Shown here: positions 1 to 11,090 of the stretch, piece after piece
Layout: each line of letters opens with the position of its first letter
How positions within the stretch are numbered: the stretch's first letter is position 1
From: a virus
Lineage: Duplodnaviria > Caudoviricetes
Direction: 5' to 3' (one strand)
IMG/VR virus record: IMGVR_UViG_3300009678_000009
Location: 1 to 56,815 of that record
Length of the DNA stretch: 56,815 bases
Translations under genes and position numbers: made by a program
Notes under the pieces: model-generated
What the model saw: only the letters and a program-made list of their open reading frames with translations
What the model was told of the DNA's origin: nothing
The model's database searches: none

Positions 1-123
1 CCTGAAAGTAAGGAACTAGACGCTTACCCCACCACAAAAAGAAATTACTTGCTACACAGAGCCCACACTAACTTTCAAGCCTACATAAAAGATGGGGGTG
101 GCGCTGAGAAGCTGGCAAGAGAA
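1..123. repeat. Terminal direct repeat (assembly circularisation overlap), identical to 56693-56815
   Basis: CCTGAAAGTAAGG...GGCAAGAGAA is identical at both ends, and the reading frame is continuous across the join. Confidence 0.95.
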
Positions 124-1032
124 AATATGGCTAAGCAAGGCAAAAAAATACCTCCAGACGGCAAGGTTTCTTTGAGAAATATAATAGATTATGTTTTTCC
201 TCTCGGCGAAGTTAAACCTGGCTCCATCGTCTCCAACACTCTCTTCCAACAAGATTTATCAGGAGACAGAGTCTACAGAGACGATTCGGCAAAACCAGAT
301 GCTAGAGCTGCCGATTATCTCGCATTTACCAATGGAGCAAGCAGTAAAGCGATTGATCAATATGAAGCGATGAGTAGTGATCCACATGCAGGCTTGATAA
401 TTTACAACAGCGATCCTAAATCTTCATCGAAGCTTTTCAACATTGGCGCAGAACAAAACAATAATGTGTCTGATGTTGTAAAGGTTATTGCAAGCGCAGT
501 AGATAAAGGTGAAATTACTAAAGAACACGCCGAAGTTTTGTACAAAGTTAACGATGCGTATTCTAGCAAAGGCAAGACTTATATTGATCCCAATCAAATA
601 AAAGAGTATATTAATGATAATACTTTAAAATATGGCAATCTTAACTATTCAACTTTTAACATTACCCCTAAAAAACACGAAAAAAAAACAAGAGACTACT
701 TGCATGCTAAGCTTGGCGGCACGGTGGCGGACAGTGATGCTAAGTTTCTTGATAGGGGTGTTAAGGATATGATTGCAAATTCATCGCAAGAAGACCAAGT
801 TAAATTCAAAGCCATAACAGAGAATAGACCCTATACTATTTATCATAAGCTCGTTGGTGATTATGGGTATTTGCCACATATGCGGTTTGAAGGCGCAGAT
901 GGCTTACAACAAGAAGTATTACTAACAATGGAAAGAAAGGGCAACGAATTTAAAATAAGTTACCACGAAACCCCCACCAACTTCTTGAAACGGCAAAGTC
1001 AACAAACTGACAAAGAAATACTCAAACGCTAA
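1..1032 (+). CDS. C-terminal part of a probable internal virion (ejection) protein; begins at ATG 55898 and wraps, ~608 aa total
   Basis: Frame from ATG 55898 is open through the terminal overlap into the listed 49..1032 ORF; follows a small gp14-like gene; function from position only. Confidence 0.6.
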   Translation, partial: PESKELDAYPTTKRNYLLHRAHTNFQAYIKDGGGAEKLARENMAKQGKKIPPDGKVSLRNIIDYVFPLGEVKPGSIVSNTLFQQDLSGDRVYRDDSAKPDARAADYLAFTNGASSKAIDQYEAMSSDPHAGLIIYNSDPKSSSKLFNIGAEQNNNVSDVVKVIASAVDKGEITKEHAEVLYKVNDAYSSKGKTYIDPNQIKEYINDNTLKYGNLNYSTFNITPKKHEKKTRDYLHAKLGGTVADSDAKFLDRGVKDMIANSSQEDQVKFKAITENRPYTIYHKLVGDYGYLPHMRFEGADGLQQEVLLTMERKGNEFKISYHETPTNFLKRQSQQTDKEILKR

Positions 1033-1099
1033 CAATGGTTGACTTTAACTTAATTAACAATGTAGCCTTTGAAGTAATTGCAAAATAAATTATTACTAT

Positions 1100-1549
1100 A
1101 TGGAAGATAAGTTTACAGAGAGAGGTGTGCATTTCTTTGTTGATTATAATTCTGCCACGCCAGCAGACATAGTTGAACCAAACTTTGATAAAAGTATGTG
1201 GTTCAGCAATACTGGTTTGCACGCTACAAATGCCGCACAGTCGTTGCTTAATTTCACTGTAACACTGCAAGCAGAAAAATTAGAAGTTGGCGATGTTTTT
1301 GTAATGCGTAAGACGCCACCAAGGTCTAAGCAAGAGAATCCGCTTCTGCGTCCTTGGACAATGCAGGCAAAGATGACTTTGTTTAACAGTCCTAATGGCG
1401 TTGAAGCTAGCTTGCCATTTATTGTAGCAATGGATGGCTCACATTATAAAGTGGTATTATTATATCTTGAGGAAGCTGTGAACCTAAATATTTTTGCTGA
1501 TACTGGCGATACTCGCTATATTACAACGCACGCGAATGAGTTAGAATAG
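1100..1549 (+). CDS. Hypothetical protein in virion module
   Basis: 149 aa ORF ending 1 bp before the nozzle gene. Confidence 0.6.
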   Translation: MEDKFTERGVHFFVDYNSATPADIVEPNFDKSMWFSNTGLHATNAAQSLLNFTVTLQAEKLEVGDVFVMRKTPPRSKQENPLLRPWTMQAKMTLFNSPNGVEASLPFIVAMDGSHYKVVLLYLEEAVNLNIFADTGDTRYITTHANELE

Positions 1550-1550
1550 T

Positions 1551-4500
1551 ATGGCTGACAGAGACGACCAGTTCATTAGACAAGATGCTTTCTCTGGTGA
1601 AGTCTCGTCTGGTTTTGCTGTTGGTGGCGCTACCAATGGCTCAAATAAATGTATCAATATGGCTGTAAGCCAGCAAGGCACGCTACAGAGGGTTAACGGA
1701 ACATTGTTTGAGGGGTATTTCCGCCTTATTGGCGATGAAGATTTGCAGCCAATTAGGTTTTTTTATCCATTTGTAGTTAAAGGCTCTAGCTATTATTTAG
1801 TTTTTACAGACCACGCTACAAACCTAGACCGCTACGAAGTACACGTTTTAAGAAGCACCGCAAGGTCTCCCAACGCAGGCGGCGGGACAAGCTTTAATAG
1901 TGAGCTTTTATTCGATAAAGTACTCCTTGCTACTTTGTCAATCCCAAAGCTAACACAGGCGCAAATGGAGAGAGTACACATCTCTGTAGCTAGCGACACG
2001 AATAAAGTTTTTGTCGTCATCCCAGATATGCCTAAATACGCAGTTAGTTGGAAATTTGACAACCCAACCTTCCCCGCACAAGATGATACCAAGTTTAGGC
2101 AGAAATGTGTTAGAAGAGCTTACTACTTTGACGATGGCTGGGGCGGTCAAGTGTCTGGTGGCGGAGTGGACAATGGAAAGATTTTCTCAGCACATTACGA
2201 GGATGGCATCCAAGTAATTACTGAAGGCTTTTATGGTATTGATTACGTTAATGCTTTTGTGCCAAAGAACTCCAGAAGCTTACTTAGTTTAAAATATAAT
2301 GGGCCGCAAGAGCCACTCACTGGCAACAACAACAATACTTTTAGCGCTAATTATATGGACGCAATCACTTGCATTGCCGTTCCTCCCAGAAGCTGGCTCA
2401 CCCCAGCCGCCTCGTGGGGAAGCAAGCCACCTAAAATGCCTTGGGCAACTCCATTAATGATTTTTGAAAAAGCAGATAAGCAACAAAACTTTGTAAACCG
2501 CAACTGGATTATCAGTAGAATATGGGATGGTAATAGCTTTGAAGCTGTAGATCCAAATATTTTAGAGTACGAAAGAACAATACAATGTGCAGATTTTAAC
2601 GGCGAAGCTCTTCCAACACCAGTTGTGTTTGGCGAGACAAATATGTTCACTTTGGATTTTTACAAAAAAGCAGAGCTAGTTAGTTCTCCTTATACGCAGG
2701 CGCAAACATTTGATTTCACAGCTGACAATGAACTTGTTTTTATCGCGAACAATTTACCATTTGATCTGCGAGCAGCACCTTCGCAAACCGAAAGGAACTG
2801 CCTTCGCCAAACAAATTCACAACTTGACAGGGAGAAGGCTGGCAGTTTATCTACTGACTTAAGCTTTTATTACCATCCACTGACTGCAAACCAAGCAGAG
2901 CCAATGGTGCATCCGATCTTGACGATGCAAGCAATTAAAACCAAGATAACCAGAGACTCCGATGATAACTTGATTGTTGATAGAAAATTCCCACTGCATC
3001 CCTCAGAGAACAACTGCAATTTTCCGCCTGACTATTATCAGTTTAAGATACTCCAATGTAATATAACAGAAGAGGGGAAACCTGAGGAGAATGTAAACGA
3101 AGAATCACAGGTAGTTCCAAATATTGCCACGTTATGGGCTGGCGTTGTGTTCGATGGTGGTAAGCAAATGGGCTATCCTGCCTCAAACCAAGAAAACAAT
3201 TATGGCACTGTGGTTGGGGAGAGCGATGATTTTGCGCTAGCAGGGCTTTCGCTTACAACAATTGGCAGGATAGAATCTGGTGCTTATAATTATTCAGTGT
3301 ATACAGGCGTTGGATACCAGACTATTTATCCACGCACACAAGTTATTAGCATTGCCAATGGGCCGCGAAATGCAGCCTTACTTCACAACGGCTTTCGTGT
3401 TGACGAAACTGTGCGCGGATTGACGGAAGTAAACTTTTCAAGAGGCGGAACGCAAAGCTATTTTAGCACCAGTACTGAGTCAGTTGGAAGCGCAAATGCC
3501 CCATTCTCACAAGGCTTTGGAGTTGCCAGAGAAGCGCAGCCACACTCCGTTGCACCTTTAGTAAATGGCTTCTTATTTCTTAGCGACACAAGTTCTTTTG
3601 CTATAGTTTCGGAGCAAAACTTTTCTGCACAAGCTGCCCAGATGAGTGCTGTAAGCGGTTTTGGCGGCGCAAGGGTCCAGCCTGTCGTGGTTGGCAACAT
3701 AGTGGCTTTTCTCGGGACAAACCGAAACCAGCTGTGCGTTGTGGAGTATAATTTTCAAACGAACAATCCAGTTTTTGTAACGGATGTTGCAATACACAAT
3801 CCGGGCTTTTTAAAAAGCTTACAACAGCAAAGCCTCACGGCAGAAGCGCAGGCAAACAGAATGGTAGCTGTGCAAGCGCCAGTTCCAACTATATACATAT
3901 TGGACGATGAAGATCTTTCCTGTGTAAGCTTTGTCAATGGCACAAACCAACTTCCTGCTTTCTACCGTATAAGCCGTCCGCAGTCTAGGATTCTAGGCTT
4001 AGGTACGGAGTGCCGCCTTGGCGAAGATTATGCCGCACTTACCGAAGCAGAGCAAGGCAACGCAGGCTTAACCAAAGGCTCTTTGTCATTGCGCGCAGCG
4101 AGAGGCACTTGCGTAACTTTGGCAGTTGAAACAAAAAAAGGTAGCGCCCCTGCCCAAGGTACTGGTCAATGGCTTGAAAGCTACGTTGAGAATTTTGGCA
4201 CATTGCAGATTGCCGACGTCGGCAACGAGAACCTTATTGGCGGATTGCCATACAAAGACGGATATCTTGGTGTCTACACACAAGAAGCGTTCGTCCCACG
4301 CGCTAGCGCTTTAGCAAAAATTGGTGTAAACGGACTTAAATTTTATATGGCTCCAGTAAGAGATTACAGCCTGTCTAATATTAATGCTGTTCCTGCTGGC
4401 TGCCTTGTAAGCCCTTGGAGATATATTTACATATGCAAGGGAGAGCCTTTTAGTACTCCAACTTTTTATCCAGACGGAGAAAAGCCACCGCTGATAATTC

Positions 4501-5057
4501 CAAACGATAGCAGTTGGGAATTAGTGGAGTGCTATGAGGACACTATTACAGGGCTAGGATACTTCTTTGATATTTATGGACATTACGGAATAATCCCCTC
4601 CAACGCTTTCTACACAAACGTTTTCTTTGGAGAGCCAATCCACGCTATGTATTCACCTTTTGTGCCAGATATAACTCCAACAGGGCCGCGACTTAACAAC
4701 ATTGAACAAACGAGGCTTATTGCTGGCTTAACACGGTATACACCAAATACCCTATGCACTTCCACTATCACAGGCGATGATTATGTTATTACAAAAGGTG
4801 GCAGAATACCACTCGCTGAGTTTCAAGAAGCTGTTTTAAATCAGTCAATTAAACTAGGAGACCCTTTTACGGCACTTGCAAATCTTACAGAGAGTGACAA
4901 AGGAGGAAGTTTTAAGATAGTGCAAGCACAAGCAAACTATACACAAAATGTGCATCAAAAGTGTGTACCAAAGTTTCCGTTAATTAACACAATACATCCA
5001 TCTCCTGTTGGGATTAGAAGCTTAGTGTTTGCGATGTCTCCAAGAGATACAGAATAA
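1551..5057 (+). CDS. Tail tubular protein B / nozzle (T7 gp12-like)
   Basis: N-terminal FSGEVS...CINMAVSQQGTLQRVNGT matches the GE.S...N......G...R.GT start of podoviral nozzle proteins; beta-rich; PVVVGNIVAFL segment; 1168 aa. Confidence 0.7.
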   Translation: MADRDDQFIRQDAFSGEVSSGFAVGGATNGSNKCINMAVSQQGTLQRVNGTLFEGYFRLIGDEDLQPIRFFYPFVVKGSSYYLVFTDHATNLDRYEVHVLRSTARSPNAGGGTSFNSELLFDKVLLATLSIPKLTQAQMERVHISVASDTNKVFVVIPDMPKYAVSWKFDNPTFPAQDDTKFRQKCVRRAYYFDDGWGGQVSGGGVDNGKIFSAHYEDGIQVITEGFYGIDYVNAFVPKNSRSLLSLKYNGPQEPLTGNNNNTFSANYMDAITCIAVPPRSWLTPAASWGSKPPKMPWATPLMIFEKADKQQNFVNRNWIISRIWDGNSFEAVDPNILEYERTIQCADFNGEALPTPVVFGETNMFTLDFYKKAELVSSPYTQAQTFDFTADNELVFIANNLPFDLRAAPSQTERNCLRQTNSQLDREKAGSLSTDLSFYYHPLTANQAEPMVHPILTMQAIKTKITRDSDDNLIVDRKFPLHPSENNCNFPPDYYQFKILQCNITEEGKPEENVNEESQVVPNIATLWAGVVFDGGKQMGYPASNQENNYGTVVGESDDFALAGLSLTTIGRIESGAYNYSVYTGVGYQTIYPRTQVISIANGPRNAALLHNGFRVDETVRGLTEVNFSRGGTQSYFSTSTESVGSANAPFSQGFGVAREAQPHSVAPLVNGFLFLSDTSSFAIVSEQNFSAQAAQMSAVSGFGGARVQPVVVGNIVAFLGTNRNQLCVVEYNFQTNNPVFVTDVAIHNPGFLKSLQQQSLTAEAQANRMVAVQAPVPTIYILDDEDLSCVSFVNGTNQLPAFYRISRPQSRILGLGTECRLGEDYAALTEAEQGNAGLTKGSLSLRAARGTCVTLAVETKKGSAPAQGTGQWLESYVENFGTLQIADVGNENLIGGLPYKDGYLGVYTQEAFVPRASALAKIGVNGLKFYMAPVRDYSLSNINAVPAGCLVSPWRYIYICKGEPFSTPTFYPDGEKPPLIIPNDSSWELVECYEDTITGLGYFFDIYGHYGIIPSNAFYTNVFFGEPIHAMYSPFVPDITPTGPRLNNIEQTRLIAGLTRYTPNTLCTSTITGDDYVITKGGRIPLAEFQEAVLNQSIKLGDPFTALANLTESDKGGSFKIVQAQANYTQNVHQKCVPKFPLINTIHPSPVGIRSLVFAMSPRDTE

Positions 5058-5118
5058 TTGACTTTTAAGTTATTTGTTAATACTTTCAAACCTAAGAAGA
5101 TAATTAAATTAATTAACA

Positions 5119-8100
5119 GTGTCTGGTTTTTTTTCAAGTGGCTTCCCGGGTGGAAGTAGTGGTGGCGAAGAAATAATTGCAGAAAATCTTCAGCGAATGG
5201 AGATTGTATATCAGGCTGTAAAAACTGCAGACAACTATGCAATAACAGATGTATTCCTTCCAGCATTAGCGCAACCAATGCGCGACTGGGAGGAAGGGCA
5301 ACATTTTAAGATAGCAGTAGGTGCGGCTGATTCTTCTGGAGCAACTCCGTCAACATTTTCTGTTGATGATTTCCTTCCTATACCGATACACTTTAACTCT
5401 CTTGGCACACCTTGCAAGCAAGAGGATATAGTTGGAGGTCGTGAGGTGACATTAAGAATTTCTAAGCTTTCTGGTAACTTTGTTGCAATTTTAGAAAACG
5501 CTACTTCTACATCAAAAACTACAGACATTAAAGAGGCTAATGTGTTGCCAGCTTTAAGGACGCAAGCTTTTGACTTACAAGAGAAAGTAAATGATGCTAC
5601 AACAAGGTTTGTTTCAACTGCAATAGTTTTTGATGCTACTTATAATGAAGTGGCAAAGCAATACACAATTACTGTTACTGACTGGAAGTTTCCACAAGTA
5701 TACGATGGTTTTTCTGTAAAGTTTACAGCACCAGTTATCAACCTTGGTGGCGATACTTTAAAGATAATAGATGGTGCTACTGAGACGGTATTAACTCTAC
5801 AAAATCAAGAAGGATTCCCAGTACAGCAAGGAGACATCACGCCAGATAAAGTAACAACAGTCTCGCTTTTAACTGGGAATATCGCAAGGCAAAGCGTTAG
5901 AGTCACTGGGCGCAGAACAGCAGAGACATCAGGCGTTTGGCATTCATCGGATAGCCCAATCAATTCTGGTGATTTGGTTTTTACACTTGGAGCGACACCT
6001 AATATTATTAACTATTCGCGTTTTTCTGCTTACGCTAAAATTTCTGGCAAGACGCTTGAAGTTATCGCAGGAAGCATTGATATTTCAACATTTGTTGCCT
6101 TGCCTGCAAGTGGCACACAAACTGTGTTTATTTATCTACAGACAGCTACACAACCATTTTTATTGTCAGTTTCAACGACCCCAGCCTTGCCAACAGCAAC
6201 GCAATGTATGGTCGGCAAGGCGACTGTAAATAACCTTGGTGTTGTTACTGCAGGTGGAATTGCGTTGCTGTTTACACAGCCATTTCTCTGTACTTCAACA
6301 AGAGAGGAGTCTTCAAGTTTTACAATTCTTGGCGGTAGGATAGGTACTGAGTTTAGCCAAACAACTCTTGAAATTAGACTTGGAGTAGGAATAATAAAAG
6401 GTGTCGGTGTTAATATGGCTAACTCCGAAGCAACGAATGGCATTATCATTCCTGCTTCTACAGCGCCTGCACAAATTTATGAAAGACACCAGTTTGGCTC
6501 AACAACAATTCAATCTGGAGTAGCTATAACACAGCCACAAAAGGTTTATAATGACGCTGTGGCTGGGACTCTTGTCCCAATTCCGTCTGGGATGTTTGGT
6601 ATCGCAAGGCTTTATGCACTTGAATACGATGCCCTTACTGGCGCGGTTGGTAGTGCTGTTATAGTATATGGCAATACTACATTTGCCAATGCAACCGCTG
6701 CGAATGCAGCAGAACAGGTAGAAGCGTTTTATTCAGTTCCAACTCCAGTTGGCTCGCCAGCAACTTTAGTTTCTGTTATGACGCTAGACGGCAGAGCAGC
6801 GCAGACTAATTGGCGGACGGCTGGTGCAAATAGAATTGTGCCAGTTAATGTTGGCTTTGGTGGTGCGGTAGGAGTGGCAGGGCATACAATGCAAACAGCC
6901 GATGGCGGTGGCAATATAGTGCCAGATACTTTTTCACAGATACATTCAACTAGTGCGACTAATGTTCTTAAGACAACTGTCGTTCCTTTGGCTGGTGGTA
7001 CAGCTGAAATACAACAGGATTTTAAAAATATTACTGACCAAGAAAAAGGCACAGCATTGTTTTTTCCAAGGGCAGAGACAACTCCGTCTTGGTTGCCAAT
7101 AAATGGTATCCAACTTTTAGATTTAGATAACGTACTTGAATTTCGCGCAGGGATAGTATATTGGTTTGACAACGCAACTGTTTTAAATCCAATCCCAAAC
7201 GCAGTAGGTGTTTTTTCATTAGCAATCAGTGGATGTTCGGTAACTAATCCAACAGATGGGACGCTCGATGGGTATCTTATGGTAGCGACTGCAGTTGATG
7301 GTTCTGGGACTTACAGTAGAAAGAAAATAGTTGGGACTGCCTTGACAAGCAATCCTTGGGTTTTGCCTGTGACAGACACCAAAAAGGTAACAGCAGCCGC
7401 AAACCTTACAGAGGGGTGGTATCAAGTGGCTACAATTAATGGAAATGGAGAGTATATCATTTCTCTAGGTAGCACTAATGGTGATATGCTACAGTTTTGC
7501 GAGATTAAGGTCTCAGGTTCTAACGGATGGCAAGTATTGAATAGCGCAGTCATCTATGATAGGGATATAGCTGTTGGCGCAGTAAGTGATAATATAAAGT
7601 GCGTTGGGATAACCAGAGCAACCCTTTCACACACCAACGCTATCGTGTGGGCTTATATCACAGCAGGGGCTGCAAACGATATGACGTTTTCAATAACTAA
7701 AGTGCATTATAGTAAAACGTACAACAATTATGATGTGTGGGATGTTATTGCTCCGACTACACCTTCGGCAGAGCCTGCATTCCAATATAAAACTGTAAAT
7801 CCAATGTTGGTCGGTGTAGATTACACAGAACTTGGCACAGATATACCAGACGCCTCCCCTACTGTAAGAGGTTTAGTAAACACAGTAGCACAAACATTCG
7901 CTGGTGACAAGACGCTCCAAGGCACTTTGAACTTAACCGCTGGGAAGCAATTGCTTTTCGCTAATACCACAGAAAAAAAGATAGGTTTATGGAATGGCTC
8001 CTCAGAAGGAGATTATTTTGGATTGGGTATAGATAGCGGAACGCTTGAGGTTCGTGTTTGCGCAGATTCTAATATGGTGAAGAATATAAGTACTTCAGGA

Positions 8101-8727
8101 GCTTATGTTTCTGTATATGGCAAGACAGAAACACCGACTACTAACGACAATCGCTACGCTACTACAGCATATGTGCAGGACGCGTCAGAAAGCTCTAAGC
8201 TATATACAGATTCTGCCATATCGGCTATACCTGACGCTACCGTATCAGTTAGAGGGCATATTAACACTTTGGCACAGACAATAGCTGGTCGGAAGACTTT
8301 TGACAATGGTATAGATAACGGCTCTAACGTACTTCCCGGCGTGCTTATTCCAACTGCTAACGACCACGCCGCAAATAAGGAATATGCTGACTTAATGAGC
8401 ATGACATTTATTGCGACTATAACTCCAACTGTCAGCGGCATAGGCTCTCCGACAATAAGGTTCTCAAAATATGGAAGAATGGTATGTGTTGTTGGCAGTG
8501 GCCAAGGTATAAACGCAAACTCAACTATCACTATAACAGATACACGCTTTTTTCCTAGTGCTGAATTACCACGAGGTGACATTTACTGGGGACACGATGA
8601 GGGCGATGCAGGTAGAATTTTCCAGATAGTCACCCGCACTGCCACACAAGTAACATGGCGTTCAAACCTTGGTACTGCAAATATAGGTGTCCGAGAAGCT
8701 ATTGCAACGTATTTTACAGATAATTAA
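5119..8727 (+). CDS. Tail fibre / receptor-binding protein
   Basis: 1202 aa, T/G/A/S-rich; repeated fibre motifs DASPTVRGLVNTVAQTFAGDKT and DATVSVRGHINTLAQTIAGRKTF; ATTAYV and ANKEYAD motifs; follows nozzle. Confidence 0.8.
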   Translation: MSGFFSSGFPGGSSGGEEIIAENLQRMEIVYQAVKTADNYAITDVFLPALAQPMRDWEEGQHFKIAVGAADSSGATPSTFSVDDFLPIPIHFNSLGTPCKQEDIVGGREVTLRISKLSGNFVAILENATSTSKTTDIKEANVLPALRTQAFDLQEKVNDATTRFVSTAIVFDATYNEVAKQYTITVTDWKFPQVYDGFSVKFTAPVINLGGDTLKIIDGATETVLTLQNQEGFPVQQGDITPDKVTTVSLLTGNIARQSVRVTGRRTAETSGVWHSSDSPINSGDLVFTLGATPNIINYSRFSAYAKISGKTLEVIAGSIDISTFVALPASGTQTVFIYLQTATQPFLLSVSTTPALPTATQCMVGKATVNNLGVVTAGGIALLFTQPFLCTSTREESSSFTILGGRIGTEFSQTTLEIRLGVGIIKGVGVNMANSEATNGIIIPASTAPAQIYERHQFGSTTIQSGVAITQPQKVYNDAVAGTLVPIPSGMFGIARLYALEYDALTGAVGSAVIVYGNTTFANATAANAAEQVEAFYSVPTPVGSPATLVSVMTLDGRAAQTNWRTAGANRIVPVNVGFGGAVGVAGHTMQTADGGGNIVPDTFSQIHSTSATNVLKTTVVPLAGGTAEIQQDFKNITDQEKGTALFFPRAETTPSWLPINGIQLLDLDNVLEFRAGIVYWFDNATVLNPIPNAVGVFSLAISGCSVTNPTDGTLDGYLMVATAVDGSGTYSRKKIVGTALTSNPWVLPVTDTKKVTAAANLTEGWYQVATINGNGEYIISLGSTNGDMLQFCEIKVSGSNGWQVLNSAVIYDRDIAVGAVSDNIKCVGITRATLSHTNAIVWAYITAGAANDMTFSITKVHYSKTYNNYDVWDVIAPTTPSAEPAFQYKTVNPMLVGVDYTELGTDIPDASPTVRGLVNTVAQTFAGDKTLQGTLNLTAGKQLLFANTTEKKIGLWNGSSEGDYFGLGIDSGTLEVRVCADSNMVKNISTSGAYVSVYGKTETPTTNDNRYATTAYVQDASESSKLYTDSAISAIPDATVSVRGHINTLAQTIAGRKTFDNGIDNGSNVLPGVLIPTANDHAANKEYADLMSMTFIATITPTVSGIGSPTIRFSKYGRMVCVVGSGQGINANSTITITDTRFFPSAELPRGDIYWGHDEGDAGRIFQIVTRTATQVTWRSNLGTANIGVREAIATYFTDN

Positions 8728-8741
8728 TTCTTTTTAATTTT

Positions 8742-9314
8742 ATGACAGAAATATCTATATCTATAGTTGAAAAATCTCATCAGTTCACAGTCTGCTCTAC
8801 GTTGACTAAAGAAGAGCTTACAGCTAAAGTAGAAAGTGCAGTTAGCAAGCTTGCCAAAAATATTTATACGCACGTAGATTATAGGGGTGATGGTGTTTTT
8901 ATAATCAGCTGCAAGTATATTGGGGAGGAGGACGCCGTCAATGAAGTCCAATATCTCAAAGACATATTGCTTACAGGAATTCACCCGCTCGAAAGGCTTA
9001 CATCCACATACGTTACTTTCACAAAAAATGTCAATGCGCTTCCAAAAAATAAGTCAGTAAATGAATTGGCGGTAAAGCTATTTTCCGCATTTGAGGCTGC
9101 AGTAAAGGAAAAAATATACCATACAAAAGACCGACCAAGCCAGTTCAAGGCTGATTACGCTTACACGTATAAAATGAATGGCACCAATACTATTGGTGAA
9201 CAATGGTTTGAGGTTTGTATAGAGATTAAACACAAAGCCAGATACTTACCATTTATAGAGGAAAAGCTATTAGCATTTATTACCCAGCCGATAGATGGGT
9301 TTAGATGCGGATAG
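8742..9314 (+). CDS. Hypothetical protein
   Basis: 190 aa ORF with AT-rich TTT-ATG start. Confidence 0.6.
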   Translation: MTEISISIVEKSHQFTVCSTLTKEELTAKVESAVSKLAKNIYTHVDYRGDGVFIISCKYIGEEDAVNEVQYLKDILLTGIHPLERLTSTYVTFTKNVNALPKNKSVNELAVKLFSAFEAAVKEKIYHTKDRPSQFKADYAYTYKMNGTNTIGEQWFEVCIEIKHKARYLPFIEEKLLAFITQPIDGFRCG

Positions 9315-9495
9315 CTTATAAGTTTTATAAGCTATTATACATGTTCACATATCCAAAGCCAAATCCAAAGAAACTCCAGCTTCTTTGTAAACGTGGGATA
9401 ACAATAAATACGCTATTTATCACAAGAAACACTTGAACTTTATTAGCGAATCTTCTATAGGTTTATAGGTGTGGACAAAATAATATTTATACTAT

Positions 9496-9783
9496 ATGGA
9501 TCTAGCAGATTACACAAAAAAAATTAGCGAGTTGAAGGAAGAGCTAGCTAAGGAGAAGGCTGCCACAGAAATACGGAAGCTAGAACAAGAGATTGAATTT
9601 GAGAGGTCTAAGTATCGTGAGCCAAAATACAGTCCAGTAAGCCTCACGATCCCATACTCTAATCATCTCACAGACAAACTTCCTGAATACAGTCCAGTAA
9701 GCCTCACGATCCCATACTCTAATCATCTCACAGACGAACCTCCTGAATTTGTCTACCCACCTTTTGGAGTATGTAAACCTTAG
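9496..9783 (+). CDS. Hypothetical protein, coiled-coil N-terminus with 20-aa tandem duplication
   Basis: YSPVSLTIPYSNHLTD.. occurs twice. Confidence 0.55.
   Translation: MDLADYTKKISELKEELAKEKAATEIRKLEQEIEFERSKYREPKYSPVSLTIPYSNHLTDKLPEYSPVSLTIPYSNHLTDEPPEFVYPPFGVCKP
9626..9748 (+). repeat. 60-bp tandem duplication (2 copies)
   Basis: AATACAGTCCAGTAAGCCTCACGATCCCATACTCTAATCATCTCACAGAC repeated with period 60. Confidence 0.9.
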
Positions 9784-9796
9784 TTCGATAGTACAT

Positions 9797-10168
9797 ATGA
9801 AAGGAGACTACACCCCTTTGGTGAAAGCCAACACTAGGACGGTTGAAACTCACAACCCAAAGCGTAAACGGTGTGTAGAAAAGCTGAGCGATGAAAGGTT
9901 TGTGTTATGGGAGTTTTACGATAACGGCGTAATGCGCTGCAGGGAGGAAATGCTAGGGTCTTGCGAAGGCGATAACTGGAAGTGTGGCGTTAGAGATGGT
10001 TTATACACAGACCAAACATCAAGCGGTGTTTGGGTGCTAAAAGCTAACTATAAGAACGGCGTGCTAGACGGCGACCACTTTACGCGTAACTACAAAAGCG
10101 GATTAATAGCTCACACATTCCATAGCTCCGAAGGCGTGAAGCTGATTAAAGGGTTAGCTATAATCTAA
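9797..10168 (+). CDS. Small MORN-variant (YwqK-like) repeat protein
   Basis: EFYDNG, RDGLY and NYKNGVLDG motifs; in-frame ATG 9797 preferred over the listed 9749 start. Confidence 0.5.
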   Translation: MKGDYTPLVKANTRTVETHNPKRKRCVEKLSDERFVLWEFYDNGVMRCREEMLGSCEGDNWKCGVRDGLYTDQTSSGVWVLKANYKNGVLDGDHFTRNYKSGLIAHTFHSSEGVKLIKGLAII

Positions 10169-10245
10169 CAGCTTTAAACATACAGACACTTCTGTTTATT
10201 AATTGCTTGTGCGATTTTGCACGAACGATTAATTATGTTAATGAT

Positions 10246-11082
10246 ATGGACAAAAGTGCGGAATACTCCCCTGTAACTATAGAAGGTGGTGGACGTGGCT
10301 ATTACCCAACTGGAGGTACATCAAACTTTGCTATGATGGAAGGCTTGCTACTTGGCTTGCTATTCGGTAGAGGGTTTGGGGGCTTTGGAAACTCTGATTG
10401 TTCTCGCCGCGGTGACGAGGTTACAAGGGGTGACCTTTTTGGCGTTCAAGCAACTCTAAATGAGGGGACGAAAGACGCTTTCCGCGATTGGAACTTAAAC
10501 TCTAACGTTAAGGATGTAGGTAACAGATTGGACATTCTCGCAGCTTCTCAAAGGTCTAGTGCAGAGAGGTCTAACGATATGATGTGTGCAGGCTTTGAGA
10601 GAACAAGAGACGGTCAGTTTGCTTTGCTCGCCAAGATGGGTGACGGTTTTTGCGATACCAAAGATGCGATTTGTGCTTCTACTCAACGCATAGTTGACGT
10701 CGTTAAGGATGATGGCGAAAGAACAAGAGCCTTGATTTCTGCTAACATTCTTGAAGAAAAGAACGATGAAATACAAAGACTTCGTCTAGCTGCTATTGCA
10801 GATAAAGCGGACAGAGAATCGGAGAAGAACTTTGTATTTCTTAACAACAAGCTTGATAGCCAGATTGGGGGGCTTCAAACTAATGTTGTAGCAATTGGCA
10901 ACAGTGTGAACACTGCTATCAACAGCTTTAACAACCGTTTAGACGGCTTTGAAAGGCGCGGTAGTGATGTTCAAATCAATGCCAACACTACTTTAGCTAA
11001 CCAAAATTTGCAACAAGTAGGCGCTAACTCTGCAGAGCAAACGCAGCTTTTGAGACAGCTTTTGGCTGCCCTACAAAAATAG
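10246..11082 (+). CDS. Hypothetical protein with Gly-rich hydrophobic N-terminus and helical/coiled-coil C-terminus
   Basis: GLLLGLLFGRGFGGFG followed by DGERTRALI...EIQRLR; downstream hairpin; ATG 10246 likely start. Confidence 0.65.
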   Translation: MDKSAEYSPVTIEGGGRGYYPTGGTSNFAMMEGLLLGLLFGRGFGGFGNSDCSRRGDEVTRGDLFGVQATLNEGTKDAFRDWNLNSNVKDVGNRLDILAASQRSSAERSNDMMCAGFERTRDGQFALLAKMGDGFCDTKDAICASTQRIVDVVKDDGERTRALISANILEEKNDEIQRLRLAAIADKADRESEKNFVFLNNKLDSQIGGLQTNVVAIGNSVNTAINSFNNRLDGFERRGSDVQINANTTLANQNLQQVGANSAEQTQLLRQLLAALQK

Positions 11083-11090
11083 TGGAATAG

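Noticed and set aside
5119-8727. Diversity-generating retroelement targeting the tail fibre
   Set aside because: No reverse transcriptase and no adenine-variant TR/VR pair seen
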